64,000 nucleotides of DNA, taken from positions 411,246,001 to 411,310,000 of the forward strand of contig OZ024740.1 of NCBI GenBank assembly GCA_964016885.1, written 5' to 3'. The notes under the pieces are model-generated. The model saw nothing but the letters and a program-made list of their open reading frames with translations. It did no database searches and was not told where the DNA came from. Made by a program: the position numbers and the translations under genes. The stretch is from Eledone cirrhosa. Taxonomy: Eukaryota. Below, piece by piece: positions 25,208 through 37,267 of this stretch. The first letter of the stretch is position 1; each line of letters opens with the position of its first letter.

Positions 25208-28200
25208 TTACAGACACATACTCAGAGAAGGCCCATTCATTCGGGCCATACTTGCTTCTCTCACCCATCTTTCAACAAAATGCTGGGAAGAGAGCACTTC
25301 CCTTTCTACCCTGATTTTCCTTTTCAAATGAAATTTGAAAAAGTTAATCAGGGCATCAGCGAAGAGGTAAGTGCTCGTCTTCAGCCCTTTCAAACGTGTC
25401 CACCATACTATCTCTTTCGCCATGGCCACCAGACAGATAAAAACTGCCTGCCCTTCCAGGCTAAAGGAAGGGGGCGGGGCAATCCTCACGATGGACTCAG
25501 CTGATAGCTGGATAGGTCCTACACGTGACAGCAGGTGTTCGACATAAACCCACAAGTCAGCAATGCTCGGACACTGGACGAGTGCGTGCAGGACGGTTTC
25601 GTCGCCCTGTGCGCATCTCGGACATGCCCGGCTGACGGCACCTCCATGCCTGTAGAGTTCATCCCGAACTGGCAAAGCTCCACGGTAGCACTGCCAGGCC
25701 AGGGATTTCTGGAAGTTGTCCATAGGCCCCGGCCCGAAAGTCCTTCCGAAGAGATTGGCTAGTTGATTTTCGTCGACGCCTAGAGTTTCTCCAAGTACGT
25801 CGTCGCTCTTCCCCTCCACTAATCCCCTATAGAACGCCAAGGTGGAGTTTCCACCGATCACATTGCCCGATTGGTCGAGGGCTGTGAGCGCCTGAAGACA
25901 TTCCAGTGTCCAAGCGCTCCCTCTCGGTCTTCGCTTGACCCAAGGAGACGAGCTGGGGAAAAACGTGTCTCGCAAACGGCGACCACACCTGATCACCGTC
26001 GAGGAAGAGGTGGAGATGTCGTAGCCTGAGCGCGTGTCTGCGCATCATCAGCCACGGTATGCCCAGCCCTCCACGTAGCGGGTGTTGACAGCAGATGGAC
26101 CGCCTGACCATCGGAGCGCGTCCCTTCCACAAGAAGCGAAAGAGCAAATGCTCCATCGCAGTCAGGCGGGGCTTAGGACAAGGTACGACGGTCAGGCGGT
26201 AGTAGATGACGGATGCGATGTACGCATTCGCCACCTCCGCTCGACCTTTCAGGGATAGCTTCCTCTCAGCCCATTTCTGGGTGAGAGAAGCCACCCTGCT
26301 CGTCACCTCGTCCCAGTTTTTGTCCGTCTGGAGGTCTGGACCGAACCAGACCCCTAGCAATTTAACCGGTCCGTCCGTCCAGCGCCCGACGACGCTGTTG
26401 GACGGCATGGACCTGCCTCTCCAGGTGCCGAGCTGCAGGCCCACTGACTTTTCCTGGTTGATCATTGCTCCTGTCACCGCTTCGTATTCTCTTAGTGTAG
26501 TGCCGATCGCCTCGATGTGTTTGACGTTCGACACCACTACGGTGACATCGACGGCATATGCTGACACGGATCTTCCGCATCCTAGTTCGCGCAGGACCCC
26601 CCTCAACGTCTCCAGTTTGTGCAGTAATGGCTCGAGAGTCAATACGTACAATAGGGACGAGAGGGGACATCCTTGGCGAACCGAGCGCATGATGTTGAAC
26701 GGTTCCGAAAGGTGACCGTTCACTCTCACTACAGAGCAGATGTCGCTGTACATGGCAGCGATCCAGCCTCTGAAGACGGGCCCAAAACCAGCCGCCCTCA
26801 GGACTGCCGCTAGGTAACGATCGTCGACCCTATCGAAGGCTTTCGACTGATCTAAATTGATCAAAGACCCACCGGTGCCAGGTTCCCTAGCTACCCTCTC
26901 TACGATGTATCGCATGAGGTGGAGGTTGTCGTGGATGGATCTGTCGGGAATGGCGCATGTCTGTGCCTCTCCCACCAGACCACCAACGACAAGCGCCAAC
27001 CTCTTTGCTAGCACCTTGGCCAAAATCTTGAACTCTGTGTTTAGCAGAGTTATGGGCCTAAAATTATCTATGTTATCCCCCTTGTTCGGATCCTTTCTCA
27101 GCAGTGCCACCGCTCCTCGGCTCACAGAGCTGGGAATTCTCCCGTTCTGTTGCCAGTTGCAGTAGACGTCCGCCAAGAGGCCTCCGAACAAGTTTGGCAT
27201 TTGTACGTAAAGTTCATAGGGCAGACCATCCAAACCAGGCGATTTACCCCTTGTTCAATTAGTCATTGCATCCCGTACTTCAGCGGTTATTATCGGCTTT
27301 TCGCAACACTCCGCCTCAGTGGCCGAAAGCCGCGGCAGTCCGTCGAGGTAGACACTAAAGTCCATCCCTCGATCCGGCCCGCCACTGCCCCCGAACAGTT
27401 GAGCGAAGTGTCGCTGAAAAGCTTCACACATTTACCCGGGGTCGAGTAGCATGCGCCCGTCGTGGTCCACCAAAGACCGGATCGTGGCTTTGTTGCCACG
27501 ACGCGCCTCCGCCACTCGGGCCCATTGAACGGCTTTCGTCCCCTCGTGTCTGAGAGCACGCACCCTAGCTCTGACAACGCAGCCTTCGTGCTTTGCATTG
27601 AAGAATTGGTCAATGGCCAATTTCGCCGCAAGCACGTCGGTCGCAATTCCTTTGCTAAGCGCCTCGTCTAATTTTCTAACTAGTTCTCCCTCTGCTCTAT
27701 TTTTCTCTATTGCTAAAGCCTTACTAAACCTAATCGATTCTATTTTTTCAGAGCGAACCACCACTTGTTGTAGCCGGGTCCTCGTCTATGAAGCCTATCT
27801 AAGTCAAGCATACAGATCACGAATTTGTGGTCCGTGTAGCTGACTATCTTGAATTGTGTACAGCTTATGCTAGACCTATCTATTTCCCTACAAAATACTC
27901 TATCTAGATATGATCTGGATGACCCCATGCGATTTGTCCAAGTCCACATTGGCACATTCGGGAAATCCAATCGGTACCTGTCAGACAGTTCAAAACGCCT
28001 GAGCAGGTTGGTGAGGCTCTTGCACACTCGACCCCTATCCGCTAATCCCACACAGTCGCAGCGTGCATCTAAGATCCCGTTCCAGTCGCCCACTAACACT
28101 AAAGAGCGGGCGTTCCAAAAAAGGTCTCCAGACGCCGGAAGAAATCAGGCCGCCCTGCTCCTGTCGGGGCATAGACGGCCACTAGCCTGAAAGCTTGCCC

Positions 28201-28506
28201 GTCTCCGCTGGTCACGTCCAGCACCACCAACTTACCCTCTGGGTCCAGGAAGATGGCCCGTATGGCGAGATACAAACCTCTCCGAAAAAGCACAGCAACT
28301 CCTTCCCCCGATCCAGGACGGCTGGGAGATGCGTACACATCGTAGCCGCCGAAGATCGGTGCGAAGACCCGTGCTTCGGAGATTCTGGTCTCGCTGATGG
28401 CCACTACATCTATGTTTAGTGACCTGAGGTCGTTGAGCAGGTGACCCTGCTTCCATGACGACCCCAAGCCACGCGCATTTATGCTGCCTATTCTGAGTGA
28501 GGTCAT
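25208..28506 (-). pseudogene. Tx1-A1 ORF2 APE-RT, disrupted
   Basis: SINARG/ISET/VYAP/GDWN/YLDR/TDH (APE); FRPITLLN, DQSKAFD, RQGCPLS (RT); CPRC...ETVLHALVQC. Confidence 0.9.
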
Positions 28507-28541
28507 GTTTAAAATAGAGTGGTAAAGATGGGAAAGACCAC

Positions 28542-30646
28542 TTACCGTACTTTTGGTAGAGGAGAGATGGTTTTTACATCCCTTTTCACTTGATCGTCTG
28601 GTGAAGGGACCGTTGAATCGTCCCTTCGGCTGGTCGTCGGCTCTTCTATGAGTATGTCCGAATATACTCTTCGATTGATAGTTCCTCCTAGGTCTCTGAA
28701 ATCACCAACTGTGTGGGGGAATTTCGTTTAAATGTTTGTGTATTGTTTCTCTGCTGTTTTTAGCAGTCTTATGTTAGTTGGCGTTTTGATTGGTGCTGGT
28801 ATTATGTAGTCCTGTTGTGAAATGTCTGTGTGTTTAATTATGTAAGTCATTAGTTTCTTGTTGTGTGTATTTATTGCCGTGCATTTGTTTTTCTGGGGGT
28901 GGGGTGTGGTTCTGCTATTTTCTTGTCGTTGTTGCTGGGTGTGTGTGTTTTGTTGTTGTGTTTTCGATGTTGGTGCTTGTGGTGGTGGTGTTGAAGGTGT
29001 TGTTGGCGGTGGGGTTGTCGCCGGTGGTGATGGTGGTGCTAGAGTGGGTGGTGATGGTGTTGGTGGTGTTGCTGCTGTGAGTCTCTTTGCAGTAGACTTT
29101 ACCCTTTTTTCATTTCTTTCCTCATTTTCAAAGGCGACGATGCGCTGCTTCTGCGTTTGTGCCTTCTTACGACCTTTTGCCATCCCTCTCCCACCTCACA
29201 CTCCATGTCTGATTCTGTGAGGTCGGGGAGGGGTACCAGCTCCACTCTTTCACTTGTTGTTGTTGGTGATGTTTGCACTGGAGTCGCTGTTGCCGCTGCA
29301 TTTGGTATTGCTGTTTTTGTTGTTAATACTTCCACTGCTGCTGCTGTTTTTGATTTCCGTGGCGTGGGTATGGGTGCCACGGACCTATCGTTCCTGGTTG
29401 CCGCTTGTCCTGTTGCTGGTAGCCGTGGACCCGGTTTCGGAAGGAGAGGGGTTTTCTCCTTTCTCAGGGTCTTCTCGTTGCAGAAGTCCCTGAGGTGAGT
29501 CTTCGATCCACAGCGAAAGCATTTCGGGCGTTTGCCCTCAACACTTATGGGCAGTTGAGTGCCGTTATCGAAGTCTATCACATCTGGGATAGCTTCGATG
29601 CACTCCTGGTTGGTTTGGATTAACATCTCAATGGAGGTGCCGACCCAATCTTCTCTTACTTTTTTCTGTACTTGCAGTACAGTTGTTTTGTCCTCGATTC
29701 CGACGAGGACAGACGCGGCCAGCCAAGAAGGGGCCATCCCGGGGTGGACGTGGGTCAGTTTGACCCTCACAATTTTTTCCCCGCAGTAGGATGGCACCAA
29801 CACCATTTCCTCGCTCCTTAGGGTCACTAAGGATTGAGCCTTTGCCTCTTGGGGTGTGGCAAAAAGTACGTCTACGGTGGCATATTTCTTGCCTCGTGTG
29901 ATGTGCATTTTCCGGTGCCACACAGACCCCAAGGCTTTTTGTATTTGAGCCTCTGTGGCTCTTTCAACCCTACAGTATTTTGTACTTACTGTACGGTACG
30001 TGACCGTACATTGCTGTTGGGTTTCGAAAAATGTTTCCGGTGCCTTGCAGATTGCTCGGTGTCCAGTTTTGCTCACCATCTTCTTCGCTTCCTCTAATTC
30101 CTCATTTGTTATGAGGATGGTTTCCAGGTTCTTCGCGATACCTGCAAACGAGATTGGTTTTTCTTTGCTGCTGTTGTTGTTGTTGTTGTCGTCAGAGCTG
30201 CTGTTACTTTTGTTGTTGCTGCAGGTACTACGACTACTGCCGCCGCCGCTGTTGCTGTGGTTGTTGTTGTTGTTGCTGCTGCTAATGCTGTTGTTGTTTA
30301 TGCTGCTGCTGATGCTGTTGCGGCTGCTACTGTTGTTTTCATTGTCACTGTTACTGTTGTTATTACGGCTGCTTCTGCTATTATTGCTGACGTCAGATGA
30401 ATGAAATGGGTTTTCGTATTTCCCGCACACCTGTTTCGTCGTTGTCGTCGTAGTCGTGGAGAAATCTTGCACGCTTTGCGCGAGTCTTTTCTGTTCTGTC
30501 GTCGCTTGCGAAAGAGAAGGGAGGGAGAGAGACACATTTAAAGAAGGGAGGGAGAGAGACAATCTTCTCTCTGCTGTAGTGACGATTGAGTAAGAAGAAG
30601 ACGGAATGAGTGGGAGTGACCCATGAAAATTCTTTTTCGTAGCCAT
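28542..30646 (-). pseudogene. Tx1-A1 ORF1 (Asn/Ser-rich N-terminus, zinc knuckle, Thr/Pro-rich tail), frameshifted
   Basis: ORFs 29099..30679 and 28728..29183; CFRCGSKTHLRDFC. Confidence 0.85.
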
Positions 30647-30861
30647 GTTGTTTTTTTGTTTAAAATAAATATTGGGCACAAAACCCCAATAAGCAGTTAT
30701 TTAACCCCGAAGGGCCAAATAACGGACAGAAAGATCCCTCTCACGAGGAGGAGGGTGTTTTTGTCTACAAGTTGGTTAAAGTTTTAAACAATTTACAATT
30801 GTTATAGCGGTCAAAATTTACAATATCTTACAGAGCCGAGCCTCCGTCAACCATAGCATTC

Positions 30862-30903
<42 letters not shown>
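30862..30903. repeat. (AAT)n between the Tx1-A1 head and the Dong A6 head
   Basis: Direct reading. Confidence 0.97.
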
Positions 30904-31088
30904 CACTGAAGAAGGATACAAATATTTAGGTGTTCTGGAGGCAGAGGGCATCAAGAACAAAAAAATGAAGGAATTGATAAGATCTGAGTACATTAAGAGA
31001 GTAAGGAGCGTATTAAAATCACATCTGAACTGCAGGAATGTCATAAGTGCAGTGAATTCCCGAGCTGTGTCTATTTTTAGGTATAGTG

Positions 31089-31265
31089 GATTGGCAGTAT
31101 CGGTAGAGGGTCGGACGCCATGCTTTCCAGCATAGTTACGTCCCTTTACTATCTGAGTTCAAATCCCGCCGAGGTTGACTTTGCCTTTCATCCTTACGGG
31201 GTCGATAAAATAAAGTACCAGTAATGCACTGGGAAATTTCTGGCCTTGTGCCTAAAGTAGAAACA
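31089..31265 (+). mobile_element. tRNA-derived SINE copy 1 inside Dong A6, 16-bp TSD
   Basis: A-box-like TGGCAGTATCGG; B-box GAGTTCAAATCC; TSD ATTTTTAGGTATAGTG (31073-88) / ATTATTAGGTACAGTG (31266-81). Confidence 0.88.
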
Positions 31266-31357
31266 ATTATTAGGTACAGTGCGGGAATTCTGAAATGGAA
31301 TGTTGCTGATGAAAAAGAAATGGATAGGAAGACTAGGAATCTATTATTATTATTATT

Positions 31358-31545
31358 AGGGCGGTGAATTGGCAGTATCGGTAGAGGGTGAGACACCATG
31401 CTTTGACGCATAGAGTTACGGCCCTTGCCATTCTGAGTTCAAATCCCGCTGAGGTTAACTTTGCCTTTCATCCTTACGGGGTTGATAAAATAAAGTACCA
31501 GTAATGTACTGGGTAATTGCTGGCCTTGTGCCAATAGTAGAAACA
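31358..31545 (+). mobile_element. tRNA-derived SINE copy 2, flanked by (ATT)n
   Basis: GGGCGGTGAATTGGCAGTATCGG...GAGTTCAAATCCCG...CTTTCATCCTTACGGGGTTGATAAA...GGCCTTGTGCCA. Confidence 0.88.
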
Positions 31546-31563
31546 ATTATTATTATTATTATT

Positions 31564-34500
31564 GGTCTAAGCGGACGTATTTTGCTCGCTCACAGTAAGT
31601 CGCTTTATTTGCTTGTTTAAATTATTTGTTGTTAAATATTTCTTGTTGTGTAAGGGATATAAGCCCTTAGACTTTGCCCCGTGAAGGGGAAAGTATAATA
31701 TTTGGGCCTTTTGGCCCAAATATTTGAACTTATTTTTACATGTTAAAAAATTTACGAAGAAAAAAAAACATGGCTGATCCACGCCCCAGCGATATGTCGG
31801 CTGTCATGCGACAACGACGTAGAAGTTGAGAGAGCGCTACAGCGAAATTAACACACATTGATAACACAAACACCACCACAAACAAGGTAAACAAAGACAC
31901 CAATAAGAACTCTAATTTGAAAAAAAATGACAGTAACAGCGACAACGAAAATGCAGATTACAAAAAAAAAAAATAACAAATACAACAACAATATCAACAC
32001 CACTAACATGAAAACAAATAGCGACAACACCAACAGCAACAATACCAACTGCACCGAGAACAACGGTGGCAGCAAAGACAACAATGTTAACAGCGACAGT
32101 GCTAACAACAACACCAACAATAACAACGTCAACAACACCCCCAACGAAAACAAGACCACTTTCGCTGCGGCAGCAGCAGAAATGAGGCCATGCTTCAACA
32201 TGGACCTCTCAAACAAAGATGAAAAGTTGGCCCAGGCATGGAAGCTCATCAAGCAAGAGCAAACTTGGGCCAACTTAACTGTCCCGGTAGAAGCTATTGA
32301 GGCAGTGGAGCACAAAACGGTGCATTATAGATGCATCTCAGCACAAACCAAAAGGGCAGCGTTAATCCCACAAGAAGATGTCGAAGTCGCGCTGAGGTGC
32401 ATCAGAGAAGACACCCAGTACATAGAGAGGGGCAGACAGTACGGCACCATTTCGGTGTTGTTCAAGTCAGAAGCCCTCGCGATGAAACAAGCCATGACTC
32501 CTTGCAAAACCAGCAAGGTCATAATGTACCCCTCCCACATGGGAAAAAGAACGGCCCGTCTCCGCATTCCCAGAATCCCACCAGGACTTGACATGTGGTG
32601 GCTTATAGGATGTGTGATTGTGGAGGGGACGGATACAGTCCCTATAGAAGTGACCAGAACGGCCAGAGAGGACTGGTCCGGGGTTGACCTGGAGATCCTT
32701 CTCCAGATCAGGCCCGAGAATGTGAAGACAATCCCAGACCACATCCGCCTTCAGAATGGGACTGTCATTCACATTATGACCGAAGGCAAAAGGCCGCAGT
32801 GTTTTGTTTGTGGGGAAAAAACCCATTTGCGAGCCTTCTGCCCTCAAATGCTGAAAGAGGCAAGGGGTCGAAAAGCTCCACTGCTGCCGACGCCGGGGCG
32901 AGGACCTCAACCAACACCTAAACCGCAAAACCACCAACAACAACACCAATAGAAAGACCACCACCAACATTGACCACGCAGGAGGGAAACGAGGAAAGCT
33001 GTCAAATTCCCCCTCACCCCAAAATTACACACACACCAATAAAACCTTAAACATACATACAGACACACTTTCAGAAACAGACCCCTCATCTACCAGTAGT
33101 GAAAATGAGGGAAATACAAAATGCCCCAAAATACAAAAAAGAAAACACAAAAAGAAAAAAAAAACTCAACAAAGCACAAAAGCACCCACAATAAAAAACG
33201 CAGACACCAACCACGCAAACATCTCTCCAATAACACCAACATCAACACGACCATCACCATCACCAGAATCCCCCAAACGCAAACAACCGAAACAGAGGCA
33301 AGAACAAATATACACACAAACATCTGAAACCAGACATCGCACTCACAACAAACACAGATACAACCGAAACAACACCACCAAAACCATCACCACCACAACC
33401 ACGCAAACAAATAAAATTACACCAACAAAACATACAAAACTTCGTGCTCGTCAGGAGCGCCAACAGGGAACTGATGGCCCTCGTAGCACGAAGTGAAAAT
33501 ATACAAAAAGAGGGGTAAATGTTTAAATCGAGAACATTTCGCGTGCCGGAAGATTTGGTTCTGGTGCGAATGTCGCTCGACATATTCAAAGAAATACGAG
33601 AGAGCTTTCCTCGGAACGTGGGAACACCGAACGTAAAACCCACTTCAAGACTTTTAAAGGAGTTCCCAAAAGAAACCCCACTAACTATGGAGGTCGAACA
33701 ACCCGACCTTCACAAGAGCCCGGAAGGTAAGTAAACCTGCATCTCTCTCTGTTTAACCTGCCAACATGGCCGTATTAAGAGTAGGATGTTTAAATGTTCG
33801 AGGCCTGGGATCGTCCTGGAAGCAGGGTCACCTTCTCAACGACCTCAGATCTATAGAAATGGATGTAATTGCAGTCAGTGAGACCAGGATTTCCGACTTG
33901 CGCGCACTAGCCCCCATTTTCGACGACTATCAGATCTTTGCATCTATTAGCCAGCCGGGAATGAGAGGCGGAGTGGCAGTGCTGTTCAGGAAAGGCCTGG
34001 ATCTCGAGGTAAGGTCGATCTTCCGAGACCCGGACGGGAAGTTGGTGGTCCTGGACGTGATCAATAATGAAGGTGGTGCCTTTAGACTGGTGGCCGTCTA
34101 TGCTCCTACTGGGGCAGGACGGCCGGACTTCTTTAGACGCCTGGAAGTCTTTCTGCGTACGTTTCGCCCTTTACTGTTAGCGGGGGACTGGAACGGCATC
34201 TTAGACGCACGCTGGGACTGTGTGGGAGTATCCGATAGGAGCGGGGGGTGCAAAAGCCTCAAGAACCTGATCAGCCAGTTCCAACTGTCTGACAGGTACC
34301 GACTAGATTTCCCTAATGCGCCAGTGTGGACCTGGGCTAACCGCATAGGGTCATCTAGATCGTATATAGACAGCATATTCATTAGGAAAATAGACAGAAA
34401 TAGTGTAAGCCGTCCACGTTTTGAAACGGTCGCCTATTCAGCTCACAAGTTTGTGATCTGTATGGTCAACCTAGATAAGACGCGTAGGTTAGGACCTGGT

Positions 34501-37235
34501 TACTGGAAGCTAAACATGTTATTTCCGGCACGCAAGGCTTACAGGGACCAGGTCAACAATTTAGTTAAGGAAAGTTTGACAGGGAGAGTCGTCAACAATA
34601 GATGGTGGGGGGCTCTCAAAAGAGAGATTAGAGTAATGTCGATAGAGTTTAGCAAAGAAGTAGCATTAGAGAAAAATAGAAGGGAGGGAGAGTTGGTAGA
34701 TAAGTTAGACGAGGCTATTGGTAGTGGCATTGCAACTGATGTGCTAGCGGCAAGAATGGCATTAGACCATTTCTTCAATGCGAAACACGAAGGTTGCATT
34801 GTCAGAGCTAAGGCGCGTGCTCTGAGAAACGGGGGAACCAAAGCTGTTCGATGGGCCCACGTAGCAGAGGCGCGGCGTGGTAATAAAACCACGATTTGGT
34901 CTTTGACGGACCGAGACCGGCTCGAGCTGACCGATTCCAAGAGGATGTGTGAGGCCTTTCGCCAACATTTTGCTCGGATGTTCGGGGGAAGTGGCGGGTC
35001 AGAGATGGTGGTGGACTTCAGTCCCTACCTCGATGGCTTGCCGCAACTCTCGACGGCTGACGCTGGGCGCTGCGAAAAGCCAATTACTTCAGCCAAGATT
35101 CAGGATGCCCTTATAGGCTGCATGAGGCGCAAGTCACCCGGTTTGGATGGTCTGCCCTACGAGCTTTACGTAAATATGCCAGACTTGTTCTCCACATACT
35201 CGAAGCGCTCTACTGCAACTGGCAGTAAAACGGGAGTATTCCCAGTTCAGTGAGCCGGGGCGTAGTGACGCTGATAAGGAAAGACGAGAACAAGAGGGAC
35301 ACATTAGACAATTTCAGGCCCATAACTCTGCTGAACGCAGAGTTTAAGATTTTGGCCAGGGTGTTAGCGAAGGTTGGCGCTTGTCATCGGGGATTTGGTT
35401 GGGGAGGCGAAAACTTGCGCAATCTCAACCAGGTTCATACACGACAACCTCCACCTAATGCGATACATCATAGAGAGGGTAGGGCGTAAACCTGGCTTCG
35501 GTGAGGCTCTGATCAATTTAGATCAATCGAAAGCATTTGATAGGGTCGACCATCGGTACATGTAGGCTGTCCTGAAGGCGGCTGGATTCGGCCATGTCTT
35601 CAGAAGCTGGATCGCTGCAATGTACAGCGGCACCTGCTCGATGGTCAAAATTAATGGCCACCTCTCGGAACCGTTTCAGGTCTCCCGATCGGTCCGCCAA
35701 GGGAGCCCTCTCTCCTCCCTTCTGTACGTATTGACTCTCGAGCCTTTACTGCGGAAGCTGGAGCTGTTGCAGGGCATCCCGCTCGAACCGGGACGCGGAA
35801 AGGCTGTGTCGGCTTATGCGGACGACATAACCTTGATGGTGTCGGACACCTCAGATATCGAGGTGGTCGGCAACTTATTGGACGAATATGAAAGGTTGAC
35901 GGGAGCAAAACTTAACCCGGAAAAGTCAGTGGGCTTGCAACTCGGCACCTGGAGAGGCAAGTCCATGCCGTCCAACAGCGTCGTTAGGAGCTGGACGGAC
36001 GGACCGGTAAAGTTGCTAGGGGTTTGGTTCGGGCTAGACCTCCAGGTGGATAAGAATTGGGACGAGGTGACGGGCAGGGTAGTCAGTCTCACCCAGAATG
36101 AAGCTATCACTGAAAGGTCGGGCGGAGGTGGCGAACGGGTACATCGCATCCGTCATCTAATTCCGTCTGACTGTCGTCCCTTGCCCCCGTTCAAGCCTTG
36201 CCATCTTGGAGCGGCTCCTCTTCAAATTCTTGTGGAGGGGTCAAGAAGAGACCGAGACTGGGTGACTGGCATCTGGAATGTTGCCAGGCACTCACTGCCC
36301 TCTACCAGGCGGGCAATGCGGTCAGTGTAACTTCCACTCTCGAGTTCTATAGAGGATTAGCGGTGGGAAAGTGCGGCGACGCACTCGGAGAGGCTCTGTG
36401 AGTCAACCAGGTCGAACTAACCAGTCTGTACCGGAGGACTTTCGAGCCGGAGACGATGGATAATTTCCAAAAATCCCTCGCTTGGCAGTGCTACCGGGGG
36501 GCACTACCGGTTCGAGATAAACTCTACAGGCACGGAAGTGCTGTCAGACGGACCTGCCCGAGATGCGCGCAGAGCGACGAAACCGTTCTGCACGCACTCG
36601 TCCAGTGTCCGTGCATTACTGACTTGTGCAGTTATGTTGAACAGCTGTTGTCGCGTGTAGAACGGATCCGGCTATCGGCCGAGTCCATAGTGAAGATCGA
36701 CCCACCGCCTTCTTTTGGCCAGGAAGGGCCGGCAATTTTCCTCTGTCTGGTGGCAGTAGCGAAAGCGGTTGTATGGTGGACGAGGTTGAAAGGACTGAAG
36801 ACAGACACTTTTCTCTTCGGCCAATCCCTCATCAACTTTTTCAAGTTTCACTTGGAAAGGAAGGTGCGGGTGGAGAGAGAAGTGCTGCCCCCCCCCCCCC
36901 CCCCCCCAGTACATTTGCTGAAAGGTGGGTGAATGTGGCGAGAATGGCCCGTGTGGGTGGGCCGAATCTGGTCATGCGGCTGTAGGTAGGTAAATTTGAA
37001 GAGGAGATGGGTGCCCTTCCAGGGTTCTCTCGAAGCGTCGGGTCGTTCAGGACTGGTGGGGTACCTGAGCGAACCCTAGGTGGTCATCCCCCCTATTGGG
37101 GAATGTTTTCTTGTTGTATTTTGTTATTGTTACTTTGTTTATTCATATTGTTTACTCGATTTTTCTGTAAAGCCCCACTGTCCCAGTCTTTTGTATTGTC
37201 CCCTATATGTCGGCCCTTGTGGCCAATAAATGAAA

Positions 37236-37237
<2 letters not shown>
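31564..37237 (+). mobile_element. Tx1-clade LINE family B, full length, degraded (ORF1 31770-33734; ORF2 33766-36985)
   Basis: ORF1 CFVCGEKTHLRAFC; ORF2 APE, WKLN, RT YADD and CPRC..H..C; (ATT)n on both sides. Confidence 0.9.

Positions 37238-37267
<30 letters not shown>

Larger units (their letters stand above)
24965..30861 (-). mobile_element. Tx1-clade LINE family A copy 1, full length, antisense in the A5 tail
   Basis: ORF1 with CX2CX4HX4C; ORF2 with APE, RT and CPRC..H..C; 5' end GAATGCTATGG; both ends in (ATT)n. Confidence 0.9.

Noticed and set aside
31089-31545. tRNA genes
   Set aside because: Only A/B boxes are present, with no cloverleaf; a SINE body, tail and TSD follow.
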